Made by a program: the position numbers and the translations under genes. Under the pieces are notes generated by a model. It worked only from the letters and a program-made list of their open reading frames with translations, had not been told where the DNA came from and did not search any database. From the IMG/VR virus record IMGVR_UViG_3300012007_000677, positions 259 to 64,258 of that record: DNA of 64,000 bases; one strand, 5' to 3'. Shown here piece after piece: positions 24,858 to 35,029 of this stretch. Numbering within the stretch: the stretch's first letter is position 1; each line of letters opens with the position of its first letter. The stretch comes from a virus (Duplodnaviria; Caudoviricetes).

Positions 24858-25346
24858 TTAGTTATTTGATTTCTTGCCTTCAAGATACGCCAGGCCAAAT
24901 TCCATCAACCTCTGTTCAACACTCAGGTCACGCTTACCACTGTCTTCTACATCGACCCTTGCAAGGGCAGGCATACAGAACGGCGCAATCTTCGCAATGG
25001 CGTTGATCTTTTTTTCGTTCGACGGGATTTGTCTTATGAGTTTTGGTGCTTCAAGCAGCAGGCCTGCCATACCCGAACGCAGCTCTTCCTGAATCTCCTT
25101 CACGGTCTTCCGGACATTCTCGTTCTCGGGGTTCTTTCCGTGGTAAGGATGCCCGGGCTGGAAGCGCCCGTCCAAAGCGGGCCCCATCGGCATCTCGTCG
25201 GCCACAACGCCGGATATCGGGTACGTCACACACGCCCCGCTCTTCAATTCGATGACCACTGTGCCGTCGTCTTTTATCTCGCGCAGCATGCCCTTAAGTC
25301 CATCCTCTTGGGCAATGACAATTTGTCCTACATGTATCTCACTCAT
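24858..25346 (-). CDS. Possible terminase small subunit-like protein
   Basis: GRFQPGHPYHGK resembles the GRF.PG...G motif of TerS-like proteins; APFCMPAL helix motif. Confidence 0.35.
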   Translation of the reverse strand: MSEIHVGQIVIAQEDGLKGMLREIKDDGTVVIELKSGACVTYPISGVVADEMPMGPALDGRFQPGHPYHGKNPENENVRKTVKEIQEELRSGMAGLLLEAPKLIRQIPSNEKKINAIAKIAPFCMPALARVDVEDSGKRDLSVEQRLMEFGLAYLEGKKSNN

Positions 25347-25359
25347 AACTCACTCTCTT

Positions 25360-28300
25360 TTATCTCATTCTGCCGTCTCCACGCACCTCAAACTTCACGC
25401 GGATGCCGGTAATATTCTCTGTCTCATGCAGCTTCGTCTTCATGATGACGCGCCAGTATTTGAACCACCGGCCCACGATGTGCGGCACACGGTTTCGCTT
25501 CGTCGTGCCCAGCGTCACCCAGTTGTTCTGCTGGTCTTGCCCGTCGGCGTAATCGCCCTGTATGGAGTTGCTGCCCTGAATCGTCAGCTCCTGTTCCTCG
25601 CGGCAGTTGCCCACCAGCGATATCTCGGATATCTTTTTCAGATCCAGCGAGTCCATCTTGATGGGGCGCGACACCAGATATCCCTCATAGGCGCCGTCTT
25701 TCTCGTCGATATAGTCCATACGGCCGTCCAGACGCATGATGCTGTAGTCCTCAAACTGAATGTACGAGAACGGATGCTGATTCAAGACGGCACGCAACGG
25801 GTAGTCCGTTGTCATCATGGAGAATGTCTCGGTGGTCATATTGAACACGACAAAGGTGCGCGCGCCCTCCACGCCGTAGAAGATTCTCTGCCCCACTTCG
25901 TCGTACACCGTCTTCACATTTGGGTTGGAGAGAATGCGCATATAGCTCGTCTCTTCCCAGACAGAGTTGTATGTTGTGAGGCTGATGGCACAGCGGTAGT
26001 CTTCCGGAATTTCCGTCATCTTCACGACGGTTTTCTGCCGCTCCTCGTCCGTCATATATTTGTTGCCATAAGCCACCTGCAGCGGATGGATGGTCACCAC
26101 GACATTCTTGAAGCTGGCCTGTGCGACAAGGTCTTTCATCTCCACATAGCCACCATCGTACAAAGCAACGAGATTGCCACCCACCATCACGGCGACGGGA
26201 ACAGGCGTGCCGTCTGTCAGCACGCTGTTGACGGTCAGATCGAAATGCTTGTTCTTCTCAATAGCCAAACCTGTTTCCTTCATGTTCCATCGCGGATTGG
26301 GCAGGAACGGAACGTCTGTCTTTATCTTGGGCTCATTCTCAGACGTCACCACCACCGAAAGCTCCAGGCTGGTGTCCTTGACGTTGTCGATGTTGCCGTT
26401 AGCATCCACGGGAATCTGCAGGATAATATCCTCGGCATTGGCGCCGATATCGCAGCCGGGATCCTCCATATAGACACCATTACCGTCTTTAATGCCGTTG
26501 ACAAACGTCGTAACGTCGCCTTGGTATTTAACCTCTTGGTCGGCCGTAACGATGATTTGCTGTGTTCCGGCCAGCAGCTCCGTGAGGTTTGGCAGATTCA
26601 GGCGCGCCGGACTGTTGTTACCAAGTCCCCTCTGCGAGATGTCCACACATCTCATATTGGTGACAAAGGCTTCTTCTGCTGTTAGCGTAATCTTTCTGGG
26701 GTTATTTCCGTACCAACGACCTTCCTCGTCCAAAAGTCCTTTCTCGACTTCCTCACCTTCGTCTACATGAGTTCCGAAACCCCAAGTGTTAGTATATCCG
26801 GATTCGCTGTCATATCGCAAGTCACAAGGAACCATCAGGGGCCCACGCTTAAGCAGCACATTATCTGTATCAATAAACACTATCGTCGCAAACCTTACCG
26901 TGCCCGGCTCTACAACATAAACAGGGTCTTTGCCGGGGCGAACAATCTTCCTAAAATCCCAATTATCAAATCCGGCATCATCTGTCTTGACCACAAAAGA
27001 ATCGTCTTCGGCGTTTGCTATTGTGTGAACGGTCAGGTCACCGCCACTAATAAGCTCCTGAATCTCCTCGTCGGTCATATAGGTCTCGGCCGCAGGGTCT
27101 ATCTGGTTGCCATAGCTTCCTTCAATAACAACATACCGCGTGCTTCCGTGAAGATGTCTTTTTAGGATGTCGTAGCCGTGCCGCACAGCACCAACGGCTT
27201 CATCATCGTCCAGAATGATGTCATTTTCGTCAAACTTGGCCTCGCCGTCAAACTTCATCGTGTATGTGAGGCCAACGGGGCCTGTTGCCGTCTTGCCTCT
27301 CACCTCGATACGCCTGAAACCGCTTTGAGGCTGTTCACTCGGATCAAAGAAAAGCGTCTGTGTACCTTTGGCTTCGTCCCGACTTTGCACAAGCCCGAAG
27401 CGGCTCTCCTGCCGATATGTACCGATAACAGCTTTTATCGTAAACACCACATCCAATTTATTGTAATTGGTGAATACGATGCCTGTGCCGTCGATGACAT
27501 ACCAGAACTTCACCACCGGGTCTGTCTCCGTGGCCGTGAATCTGATGGGCGCAAAGTCTTTCGCCTTGGTGTTTAATCGGCTGATAGGCCCGTTGTAAAG
27601 CGGTTCGCTCTGCAAAGAAGAGTATATTCTGATGGTTGTGCCAGTCTCTGTGCTCTTGATGAAGTCACAGATGTTACACGACAACTCGTACTGATATCCC
27701 TTCATCAGGCTGCAGGTCGCCTTATCCCAGGGCTTCTCCCAGATGCTCTTCTCTGTCTTCGTTATTGTTTCAACAGAAACGATGCTGCCCATGCTACTCG
27801 TCTCGCTCTTGCGAAGCGTCACGCGACAAGTCTGCAGCGCAATGTCATGATAGACATCCTGCTGCCCGTGTTGATGTTTACCCTGCACAAGCACATTAAC
27901 CTCAAACGTGCGCTCTTTCTCGCCATCGTCCTCGCCATCGCCCTCGCGCCAATGAAGGCGTAGTGGAGCGTCGCCAACCGTTGCGTATGATGCCCATTGT
28001 GGTGCAGCATTAGAGTTTTCTTCGAACGAGCACCCCAAAAGAAACTCTGCGTTTTCTCCTGTAAGATTATCGATTACGAACTCATCATCCATCCAGCCTT
28101 GGTGGTGTTCCGTCTGGCCAACACGCAACCTGACCTCCGGACTCATTTTGCCCACAAGTCTCGTTGGCACGCCACTGGTTTCTGAGTGTTCTGCGTTATA
28201 TTCTGCATCAACGTAATCTGGCGCCTCAAAAAACAAAGGGGAGCCAGTCTTCTCTACGCCAACCACGGACACAAAGGGACGCTGATCGCCGTTAGAGTTA

Positions 28301-31248
28301 TCTATCCACGCGCCGGTTTCGTGCTCGTCCGGATTGATGTTAAGAAACTCGTTCAGGTTGCTGGTAATCTTAATGCGGGCACAAGAGGGAACGAATCCCG
28401 GAATGCACTTAAAGATGTCTGCTGCCGTGGCGTTTTCAAGAGTTATTTCGTGCTCCTGGGCGAACGCCGTAAGTTCGTCACCCGTCAGCGTCCGATGTAC
28501 GATGCTTGCATTCGTGTTGCTTACAGGAATTTGCTGCACCACGATATTGTCTTTTTCCTTGCCTCTGACCACAATGTTACTCGGGGCCTTGCCCTCCAGC
28601 GGACGGGAAAGTATCTTGTGCTGGTTGCCGCGAAGCAGGCACAGGCCATCTTTCGACATATAATATATGCCTGATGTGGTGGACACCAAAGAGTTTCTGT
28701 TTACAAGCACAGGACCCTCCATGGGTTCCACCCTGAGAATTTTGCCATTTTCGTCCAACGACAACGCATAGTTGCCATCCGTGCAAAACGCCACTATGGG
28801 TCGGTCGCCGAATTGCCCTATGCTGATGGCGTCGCGCTGAACGGACAGAGCTAAGATCTCTCCGTCACCTACCACGATTTCTTTTTGATTATCGGGGAAT
28901 CCTGAGTCATAGGGATTATAAGTGTCGCTGTAGTCAATCTTGTTCAGGTCCTGTTGCATGGGGGACGATGTTTCGAACACCATGTTTTTGCCGGGTCGGG
29001 TGTATCCCAAGTCCTCTTCTTTGTCCACCTTCATGTTGTACCAGCTCCAGTAGGAGAAGTTGGCGTTGAGCTTGGCGCTCTTCATCGGGATGGTGAATTT
29101 TCGCCAATGCCCTGTTGTGTCTTCCTGAAACAGTACAGCCCGGTAGCAGCCGTGTTTGGGATAGGAGAAAAACATAAAGGGCATCTTGGTGCCGCACAGT
29201 CCGTATATCTGGGGATTTTTCCCGTATGTATTTTCCCCAATCTTGTCGCAATAGCTCTTGCCTTGGGAGTCTTTATAATAGACATAGCCGTACAGACTGC
29301 CTCGCATCTCAGAGGTGCGCCAGCTGTCAATACCCATCCTGTTAGAGTCAACATAGAAAATGTCGTCGTTGTCTTCGTCAGGGATTATGAACAATGGATA
29401 ATCGCCATCGTTGTCCGATATCGGATTGTCGCCCGTGTGCCCCCACGCACTCCGTTGCGGCATCTTGACATTGCATTCCACTAAAGCGCCGGTTGTCTGT
29501 GTCAACTCGTCGCCGGTATATGGCGCACCGCCTCCTTGTGTAGTGTGACCATACTTAAACAGACGGCTGTTATAGCGGAACAAGTGCCCACCCATCGTGA
29601 CACTATTGGTGTCGAAATCCAGGCTCGGCATTGGGACTCCTTGGTTTTGAGCAATGCCTTGGTAGCTGTTTGCGTTCTTGATGTGGCCCTCAACCACAGA
29701 GAGTTTGTCGTTTTCGCCGATGTTGAACGTCTTAAACAGCTTGAAGTTCCCGTCAATCAAGGCCGCTTCGAGAACATCATCCAGATTATCCTTGGCCGAC
29801 GGCGTAACCAAAAAGTCTCGTGTCATATCGAACGGCCACTTCTCGTAATTATATGGAGCACTCTCGCTGTCTCTGTGCTTCGCGTCAAGCATCAGCTCGT
29901 TCAGCTTAAGAAGCCATTCGAGCTTTTGGTCTATCACCATCTTGTGAGAGAAGTGCTTGCCGGCAGCAGCATCAAAGACCAGACTGTCACCGTTCGTCTC
30001 AAAGAGAGATGTCAGAGAGCCGGAAACCACATCGTTTCTCACACCCCTTTCAATCCAGGGCGCGCGAATAATATTGTCTGTTGAACCGTTTCTCCAGCCA
30101 TGAAGCGCTTCTGTTTGATAGTCAAACGAGTACGGCACATTAGTTAAAGTGTACCCTTTAAGGAAGTCAAACAGATACAGCGGTGGCGTCACATAGACCT
30201 CAATGCTGCCCACGCGCCCACCAATAACCATGTCGCGGTTGCCGACAACCGTTATTTTCAGGTTGCTGCGACTTAGATCCTCGTTGCTGTTGTTCGGGTC
30301 ACCACACGCGCCAACGACGCCATAATGAAACTTGTGTTCATAATGTTTTGGCGTCTCCCATTCGTCATTGTCGTGATGAAAATCAACCACCAACAACGGA
30401 CAGCATGTTGTCGGCGTCACCAGAACTGGAGGAGAAACCTTGATGGGGATGCCCCCAACATTCTTCACAACATAGCGAACAAAGAATGGCAAGACAAACT
30501 GGTTGTGTTTGGCGCACTTGTTGATAACAAGTTCGTTCATCAAGGACGTAAAGTTACCAGCATTGTTTTTGACAGCGGAACCATCCTCAGCCGTGCTCGG
30601 ATTACCCATCTTCGGTGAACATTGGATGATTGTCTCGCTATTGTCCATCCAATCCACATCATTGTCTGCGTATTCGCCGCCGGAGTTTATATCCATGTGA
30701 CCCAAATTCACAAACTGCGTAGAGTCCGAGAATATACCAAAGTTTAGACAGATATCCTTGACGCTGTCGTCCGCAACGTAGTCAATAGCCTTATCACCAT
30801 CCTTCACCAGCCCGCTGGTGTATTGATATTGGCTGTTCCTCCAAAGCAAATAACTATCGTCAGCCTTGTCGCTTTTAAGCACGATGATGTTGCCTATCGC
30901 ACAAGCCTCTGTCGATTCTGTCCACACACAGCCGTCAATGCGAGTTGGCCCAACCTTTCCTTTGACGTCATAATAATACACATCGCCATCGTTTTCTCCC
31001 TTGGAGAGTATCAGGTGTTTGATGCTGCCGGTGGCATGGATATATCTTAGCGTGTAGCCCTCCTTAGAAAAGTCATACTCCAGCCTTTCCCCTTCATCGG
31101 TGTTGCCGATAAATGCTGCAGGCTTCACGCTGCCGGCATGCACCTCCATATTGTTCAGCAGCTCCAGCTCGCCGTCCGGACTGATATCCGAATAGGGAGC
31201 TGCCGTCATTCCTTTCTCAAAAGTGATAAGCTTCTCGCGCTTGGCCAT
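25360..31248 (-). CDS. Large tail/stabilization protein (P22 gp10-like ends, large central insertion)
   Basis: 1,962 aa, first gene of the tail operon; beta-rich ends (GQFGDRPIVAFCTDGNYAL; GRWFKYWRVIM). Confidence 0.65.
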   Translation of the reverse strand: MAKREKLITFEKGMTAAPYSDISPDGELELLNNMEVHAGSVKPAAFIGNTDEGERLEYDFSKEGYTLRYIHATGSIKHLILSKGENDGDVYYYDVKGKVGPTRIDGCVWTESTEACAIGNIIVLKSDKADDSYLLWRNSQYQYTSGLVKDGDKAIDYVADDSVKDICLNFGIFSDSTQFVNLGHMDINSGGEYADNDVDWMDNSETIIQCSPKMGNPSTAEDGSAVKNNAGNFTSLMNELVINKCAKHNQFVLPFFVRYVVKNVGGIPIKVSPPVLVTPTTCCPLLVVDFHHDNDEWETPKHYEHKFHYGVVGACGDPNNSNEDLSRSNLKITVVGNRDMVIGGRVGSIEVYVTPPLYLFDFLKGYTLTNVPYSFDYQTEALHGWRNGSTDNIIRAPWIERGVRNDVVSGSLTSLFETNGDSLVFDAAAGKHFSHKMVIDQKLEWLLKLNELMLDAKHRDSESAPYNYEKWPFDMTRDFLVTPSAKDNLDDVLEAALIDGNFKLFKTFNIGENDKLSVVEGHIKNANSYQGIAQNQGVPMPSLDFDTNSVTMGGHLFRYNSRLFKYGHTTQGGGAPYTGDELTQTTGALVECNVKMPQRSAWGHTGDNPISDNDGDYPLFIIPDEDNDDIFYVDSNRMGIDSWRTSEMRGSLYGYVYYKDSQGKSYCDKIGENTYGKNPQIYGLCGTKMPFMFFSYPKHGCYRAVLFQEDTTGHWRKFTIPMKSAKLNANFSYWSWYNMKVDKEEDLGYTRPGKNMVFETSSPMQQDLNKIDYSDTYNPYDSGFPDNQKEIVVGDGEILALSVQRDAISIGQFGDRPIVAFCTDGNYALSLDENGKILRVEPMEGPVLVNRNSLVSTTSGIYYMSKDGLCLLRGNQHKILSRPLEGKAPSNIVVRGKEKDNIVVQQIPVSNTNASIVHRTLTGDELTAFAQEHEITLENATAADIFKCIPGFVPSCARIKITSNLNEFLNINPDEHETGAWIDNSNGDQRPFVSVVGVEKTGSPLFFEAPDYVDAEYNAEHSETSGVPTRLVGKMSPEVRLRVGQTEHHQGWMDDEFVIDNLTGENAEFLLGCSFEENSNAAPQWASYATVGDAPLRLHWREGDGEDDGEKERTFEVNVLVQGKHQHGQQDVYHDIALQTCRVTLRKSETSSMGSIVSVETITKTEKSIWEKPWDKATCSLMKGYQYELSCNICDFIKSTETGTTIRIYSSLQSEPLYNGPISRLNTKAKDFAPIRFTATETDPVVKFWYVIDGTGIVFTNYNKLDVVFTIKAVIGTYRQESRFGLVQSRDEAKGTQTLFFDPSEQPQSGFRRIEVRGKTATGPVGLTYTMKFDGEAKFDENDIILDDDEAVGAVRHGYDILKRHLHGSTRYVVIEGSYGNQIDPAAETYMTDEEIQELISGGDLTVHTIANAEDDSFVVKTDDAGFDNWDFRKIVRPGKDPVYVVEPGTVRFATIVFIDTDNVLLKRGPLMVPCDLRYDSESGYTNTWGFGTHVDEGEEVEKGLLDEEGRWYGNNPRKITLTAEEAFVTNMRCVDISQRGLGNNSPARLNLPNLTELLAGTQQIIVTADQEVKYQGDVTTFVNGIKDGNGVYMEDPGCDIGANAEDIILQIPVDANGNIDNVKDTSLELSVVVTSENEPKIKTDVPFLPNPRWNMKETGLAIEKNKHFDLTVNSVLTDGTPVPVAVMVGGNLVALYDGGYVEMKDLVAQASFKNVVVTIHPLQVAYGNKYMTDEERQKTVVKMTEIPEDYRCAISLTTYNSVWEETSYMRILSNPNVKTVYDEVGQRIFYGVEGARTFVVFNMTTETFSMMTTDYPLRAVLNQHPFSYIQFEDYSIMRLDGRMDYIDEKDGAYEGYLVSRPIKMDSLDLKKISEISLVGNCREEQELTIQGSNSIQGDYADGQDQQNNWVTLGTTKRNRVPHIVGRWFKYWRVIMKTKLHETENITGIRVKFEVRGDGRMR

Positions 31249-31267
31249 CGTTTTCGTTTTTGCACGG

Positions 31268-31316
31268 CAAACTTAATAAGTTGCCCACAAAAACTCTGCA
31301 CAATGTGGCCACATTG
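31268..31316 (-). promoter_or_regulatory. Tail-operon promoter: TAAGTTTG box with CAATGTGGCCACATTG 25 nt upstream
   Basis: + strand caaactta at 31268-31275; palindrome at 31301-31316. Confidence 0.8.
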
Positions 31317-31318
31317 CA

Positions 31319-31756
31319 CTAAACTTTCTTCTTTCTCGACGCCCACTTGTATTTGCTGGCGATGTCGTTCGTCTCCTGAAGTGTCACCAGCCTGCAATCC
31401 TGACTCCTGCGGAAGACCGACACCACACTCAGCCGCATTTCCTCCTTGCCCAGACGGGCCCGCCATCGTCTGGCCATGTCGCGCGAATAGAACTGCATAT
31501 TGCTCTGCCCGGTCACCTTTCTGACGTTAGCAGGCATCGCCGGACTCTCCCATACTTCCATCATCAATCCTTTCAGCGACGGCTCTGCGAGGAATGCAAA
31601 GCAGTCCTCCGTCAGCCCCATCCGCTTGGCGCTCTCCGAACGGATGAGTACGCGCCCGTTGCGGGCGTTGATGGTGACGTCGTTGAGCCGGTACGGAATG
31701 CCGGTCAACCGCGTCACCACCATGCTCTTGGCGTAATATACCTTACCCTTGGCCAT
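31319..31756 (-). CDS. Hypothetical protein (end of early operon)
   Basis: 145-aa ORF coupled to the upstream gene. Confidence 0.6.
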   Translation of the reverse strand: MAKGKVYYAKSMVVTRLTGIPYRLNDVTINARNGRVLIRSESAKRMGLTEDCFAFLAEPSLKGLMMEVWESPAMPANVRKVTGQSNMQFYSRDMARRWRARLGKEEMRLSVVSVFRRSQDCRLVTLQETNDIASKYKWASRKKKV

Positions 31757-32124
31757 CAGAACGGCAGGCTTTCGTCTTCGTTCTCAGCAAACGACGCCAC
31801 GCCGTTCACCTGCATCTGTTGCTGCTGAAACTGCAGAGGCCTCATGTTACCTAAGATGGGGAGCTCTCGCCGCTGCTCTTCTGTCAGGAGCTCGCGCACA
31901 TCCTTGGGGATATCGCTCTTGACCATGTGTGTGTCTTCATACTTCGGGTTCTGAAGCTCCACGGCCACCATGCTGAGATAGCAGCCCTTCCCGCCCAGAT
32001 AGATGCCCGGGTCATCGTCCACGGGAATGATGATACAGCGCTTCGTCTGCGTCCTGCCCTGCACGTTCTTCATGAACGCGCCCTTGATTTTCAACAAATC
32101 AATCTTGATCCCAAAATTTGCCAT
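31756..32124 (-). CDS. Putative single-stranded DNA-binding protein
   Basis: Beta-rich 122 aa with acidic-aromatic tail EDESLPF, in the replication operon. Confidence 0.6.
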   Translation of the reverse strand: MANFGIKIDLLKIKGAFMKNVQGRTQTKRCIIIPVDDDPGIYLGGKGCYLSMVAVELQNPKYEDTHMVKSDIPKDVRELLTEEQRRELPILGNMRPLQFQQQQMQVNGVASFAENEDESLPF

Positions 32125-32128
32125 TGTT

Positions 32129-32539
32129 CTAACTGTTTTTATTGTTCTCTGATATTGTTATCGCACCATCGTCGATGTGTTCATAATACTTCTTCCTGTC
32201 CTCGCGGATATCGTGAAGACGGAATATCTGTTTTCTGTAGTTTTTGGCAGCATCAAACTCCGTATGACACCCGCTCGACCGCTCCCATCCGTAGTCCAAA
32301 CAGATGGCATCACACTCCAGCACCTGCTGCACGCAGCGTCCTAGAGCCTGCGCCTCTGTGGAGCCATCAGGCTTCGGTCGCCCGTCAAACGTGCTGACGG
32401 TCTCTGCTTCCGGCTGCTGCTTCTTCAACCATGCTGCAATCTCCTCGACACGCTTGCGAGCTGCCTCATACTTCTCTTCAAACGTCGCCTCGCCTCTGGC
32501 GTTGATCGGCGTAGATATATAGATTTTCACGGTCACCAA
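32129..32539 (-). CDS. DUF4406 / nucleoside deoxyribosyltransferase-like protein
   Basis: IYISTPIN ... LECDAICLDYGWERSSGCHTEF. Confidence 0.75.
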   Translation of the reverse strand: MVTVKIYISTPINARGEATFEEKYEAARKRVEEIAAWLKKQQPEAETVSTFDGRPKPDGSTEAQALGRCVQQVLECDAICLDYGWERSSGCHTEFDAAKNYRKQIFRLHDIREDRKKYYEHIDDGAITISENNKNS

Positions 32540-32542
32540 TAC

Positions 32543-32764
32543 TTAAGGATAAACAACTGTTCTTTTAACTGGCTTATTTTGAACGCCCAAATGAACGAGC
32601 GCTTTCCTTAACGTGTCAAACACAGCTTCGAAATGCGTGTCTCGTTCTGCGTCGTAGAATGTGTCCGTATGCCAACCGCACGGAATAAAGCCCATTATCC
32701 TGTTTGTTTCAACGACATATCTTCTTCTGTCGTTTTCGAAAATTTCTTCAACAATTCTCTTCAT
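32543..32764 (-). CDS. Hypothetical protein
   Basis: 73-aa ORF co-oriented in a tightly packed operon. Confidence 0.55.
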   Translation of the reverse strand: MKRIVEEIFENDRRRYVVETNRIMGFIPCGWHTDTFYDAERDTHFEAVFDTLRKALVHLGVQNKPVKRTVVYP

Positions 32765-32772
32765 AATCGCAT

Positions 32773-32955
32773 TTAATTCTTGATTATACTCAATTCTTTC
32801 TCACCAGCACTATATATGACAGGTTCGTCAAAAGAAACCCCGGCCCTCTCAACATCGCATGCTGCCATTTGCGCCTTTACTACAGAAGTGTACGCATCGA
32901 ACTTCTGGCCCATATATATAAGAATCGCCTGATGAATAAATTCTCCTCTTGTCAT
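32773..32955 (-). CDS. Hypothetical protein
   Basis: 60-aa ORF in the operon. Confidence 0.5.
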   Translation of the reverse strand: MTRGEFIHQAILIYMGQKFDAYTSVVKAQMAACDVERAGVSFDEPVIYSAGEKELSIIKN

Positions 32956-33066
32956 AACCTTTTTATTTTATCCGATTCCACCATTACGCCCTTGCCATAT
33001 ATAAAAAGCAAACGGAGCAAGAACTATAAGCGCACCAATAATTGCGCGAAACAACATATCTTCCAT
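32953..33066 (-). CDS. Small membrane peptide (37 aa, not in the ORF track)
   Basis: MEDMLFRAIIGALIVLAPFAFIYGKG...; fills an operon gap and overlaps the next start codon. Confidence 0.45.
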
Positions 33067-33076
33067 TGTCACAACC

Positions 33077-33703
33077 TTACTTCACTGATTCAAATTCATA
33101 AACAAATCCCCACGGGTTCTTCTCCCATGTGCCCTTGCCTGACATCTTATCGATGAGTGCGGCAAAGGCATTTTTCGGCGTTCTATACATAGGCACATGT
33201 TTGGGGGCTCCCAAAAACGAATAAAGAGTTAGCGGCCGTTTGTATATTCTCGTGTCGACAATACACCTGCGAATGCCCTCGCGCATGCAGTCCTCTTCGC
33301 TGATGTCCTGCAATCGCTCCACACGGATATTGGTGATACGAATGCGGTGGGGCATAAGGTCCGCACAAACAAACATCTTGTTCGTCCAGCCTTTGTGTTT
33401 CCTAAATTTGTCTTTAATATTCAGCGACAATCCTTCCTTTTCGATTTCTCTTTCGATGCTGCTGTACGATTGAGCAACAGCCACCTCTTCGCCCACCTGA
33501 TAGGCCGGGTACACATCCTCTTTGACGCCTGTGTTGTATGTGACGGTGACGTATGCGCGTCCCTGTTTGTCCACTTTCAGCTTGGAGATGTCCTTCACAA
33601 GCGGATGGTTGAGTACCTTGTTAGAGCGGAACGTCCGGGTCTTTATCCTGTCGATCACCGCCTGAGTCAACTCAAAGCGGTCGCTAAACATTATTTTCTT
33701 CAT
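33077..33703 (-). CDS. ASCH/PUA-like domain phage protein
   Basis: KKIMF...KTRTFR; ITNIRVERLQDISEEDCMREG; WEKNPWGFVYEF. Confidence 0.7.
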   Translation of the reverse strand: MKKIMFSDRFELTQAVIDRIKTRTFRSNKVLNHPLVKDISKLKVDKQGRAYVTVTYNTGVKEDVYPAYQVGEEVAVAQSYSSIEREIEKEGLSLNIKDKFRKHKGWTNKMFVCADLMPHRIRITNIRVERLQDISEEDCMREGIRRCIVDTRIYKRPLTLYSFLGAPKHVPMYRTPKNAFAALIDKMSGKGTWEKNPWGFVYEFESVK

Positions 33704-34461
33704 GGTTCAGATTCTTCTTTATAGATTATAGGAATTTGTTCATATATCCTGCCGTCAAGGCTGTTGCCATTCTTGTATTTTGAGCGCTTCACACCGTCTT
33801 CTCCCCACGCGCCCCATTGCTTAAAAAACAAGAAACGGTTAGCGGACAAAACGGAGTCTCGCAACGAGCGAAACCATTCCGGGTTTGTCCTGCGCGCCCG
33901 TGGCCCACTCTCGCCGCCCATGATAACCCAGTCGATGCCGTCAAGGTTAATGTCGCACATATCGCCAAGCAGCGGCTCACAACTGAGAAACTTTATTGCG
34001 CCACCCGGAACGACTCTAAGGTGGTCGATACGGTCATAGTGCCGCGCGTTCTCAACTGTGGTACCCAGCCAGCAATTCTGCGGTGCACCATGGCGCGTCT
34101 GAAAGTAGCTGGCCATACGGTCGGGACGTTTCGTCAACAGCTGGTAAGTGTGCTGCGGCGTCTGCTGTATAACAAGCATGATATTGTCGATAATCCAGAA
34201 CGGTACATCCTGATGGAACAGGTCACCCATGGACACAACAAACACCACCGTCGGCTCCTTATATGATAGCGGCTCCATCAGTCGCTCTGGATGATATGTG
34301 ACCTTAAATCCGTTCTCGTACCCCTTAATATGATTACCTTGCAGACGACGCGCCATCACTTCTGCATAACAATTCTCGCAAGCTTCACTTACCTTGGTGC
34401 ATCCCGTCACCGGATTCCATGTCTTTTCTGTCCACTCTATCTTTGTACTCTTGTTTTTCAT
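33700..34461 (-). CDS. DUF5131 (Gp37/Gp68) radical SAM family protein
   Basis: TWNPVTGCTKVSEACENCYA; LLTKRP; FLSCEPLLG; IDWVIMGGESGP; FFKQWG. Confidence 0.92.
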   Translation of the reverse strand: MKNKSTKIEWTEKTWNPVTGCTKVSEACENCYAEVMARRLQGNHIKGYENGFKVTYHPERLMEPLSYKEPTVVFVVSMGDLFHQDVPFWIIDNIMLVIQQTPQHTYQLLTKRPDRMASYFQTRHGAPQNCWLGTTVENARHYDRIDHLRVVPGGAIKFLSCEPLLGDMCDINLDGIDWVIMGGESGPRARRTNPEWFRSLRDSVLSANRFLFFKQWGAWGEDGVKRSKYKNGNSLDGRIYEQIPIIYKEESEP

Positions 34462-34739
34462 GACTCCTTCTGTTTGTTTATTCTGCTTTCATTAAATCGC
34501 TTCGCAACCCTCTTAAACATACCAATAACACTTCCTCTGTTGTTATAATCCTCTTGAATAATATTTACCAAAACACCCACATCTTCGGCTGTCAGCGCAA
34601 GGTCTTTCTCGGCTTGGCGATAGCCATTGATAAACATCGAAAAAGCAAGATTCAATTCTTTTTCCGAATACCCACCATCAGGAAGGAGCTCTTTTGCTTT
34701 TTTAATTATTCCTATGTTCTTTTCTTCCGCTCTGTCCAT
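34458..34739 (-). CDS. Hypothetical protein
   Basis: 93-aa ORF with overlapping start and stop codons. Confidence 0.55.
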   Translation of the reverse strand: MDRAEEKNIGIIKKAKELLPDGGYSEKELNLAFSMFINGYRQAEKDLALTAEDVGVLVNIIQEDYNNRGSVIGMFKRVAKRFNESRINKQKES

Positions 34740-35029
34740 AGTTTTATTTTGTTTCTTTTTGACGTTTTCAATAATGCCGAAAGATTAAGTTTGATTTTAA
34801 CAAAACCAATAGGCCTGCCCAGATTATTATTAAAAAGGCTGCATGGTATAACCCCATCTCCACGCATCAGAAGACAATAGTGACCATTCCCTTTATTGTG
34901 GAAAGCACAGTGTGCACAATCAAGTTCTTCTGTCACCCTAACTGATAATCCATTGTGCGTAAAAACGCCACCAATCCTCGCCTTAAGACAAAGGGTGTTT
35001 ATCCACCAGTTTGCTTCTATTCTATTCAT
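34712..35029 (-). CDS. Hypothetical Cys-containing protein
   Basis: 105 aa; CAHCAF...YC...PC possible Zn site. Confidence 0.45.
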   Translation of the reverse strand: MNRIEANWWINTLCLKARIGGVFTHNGLSVRVTEELDCAHCAFHNKGNGHYCLLMRGDGVIPCSLFNNNLGRPIGFVKIKLNLSALLKTSKRNKIKLWTERKKRT

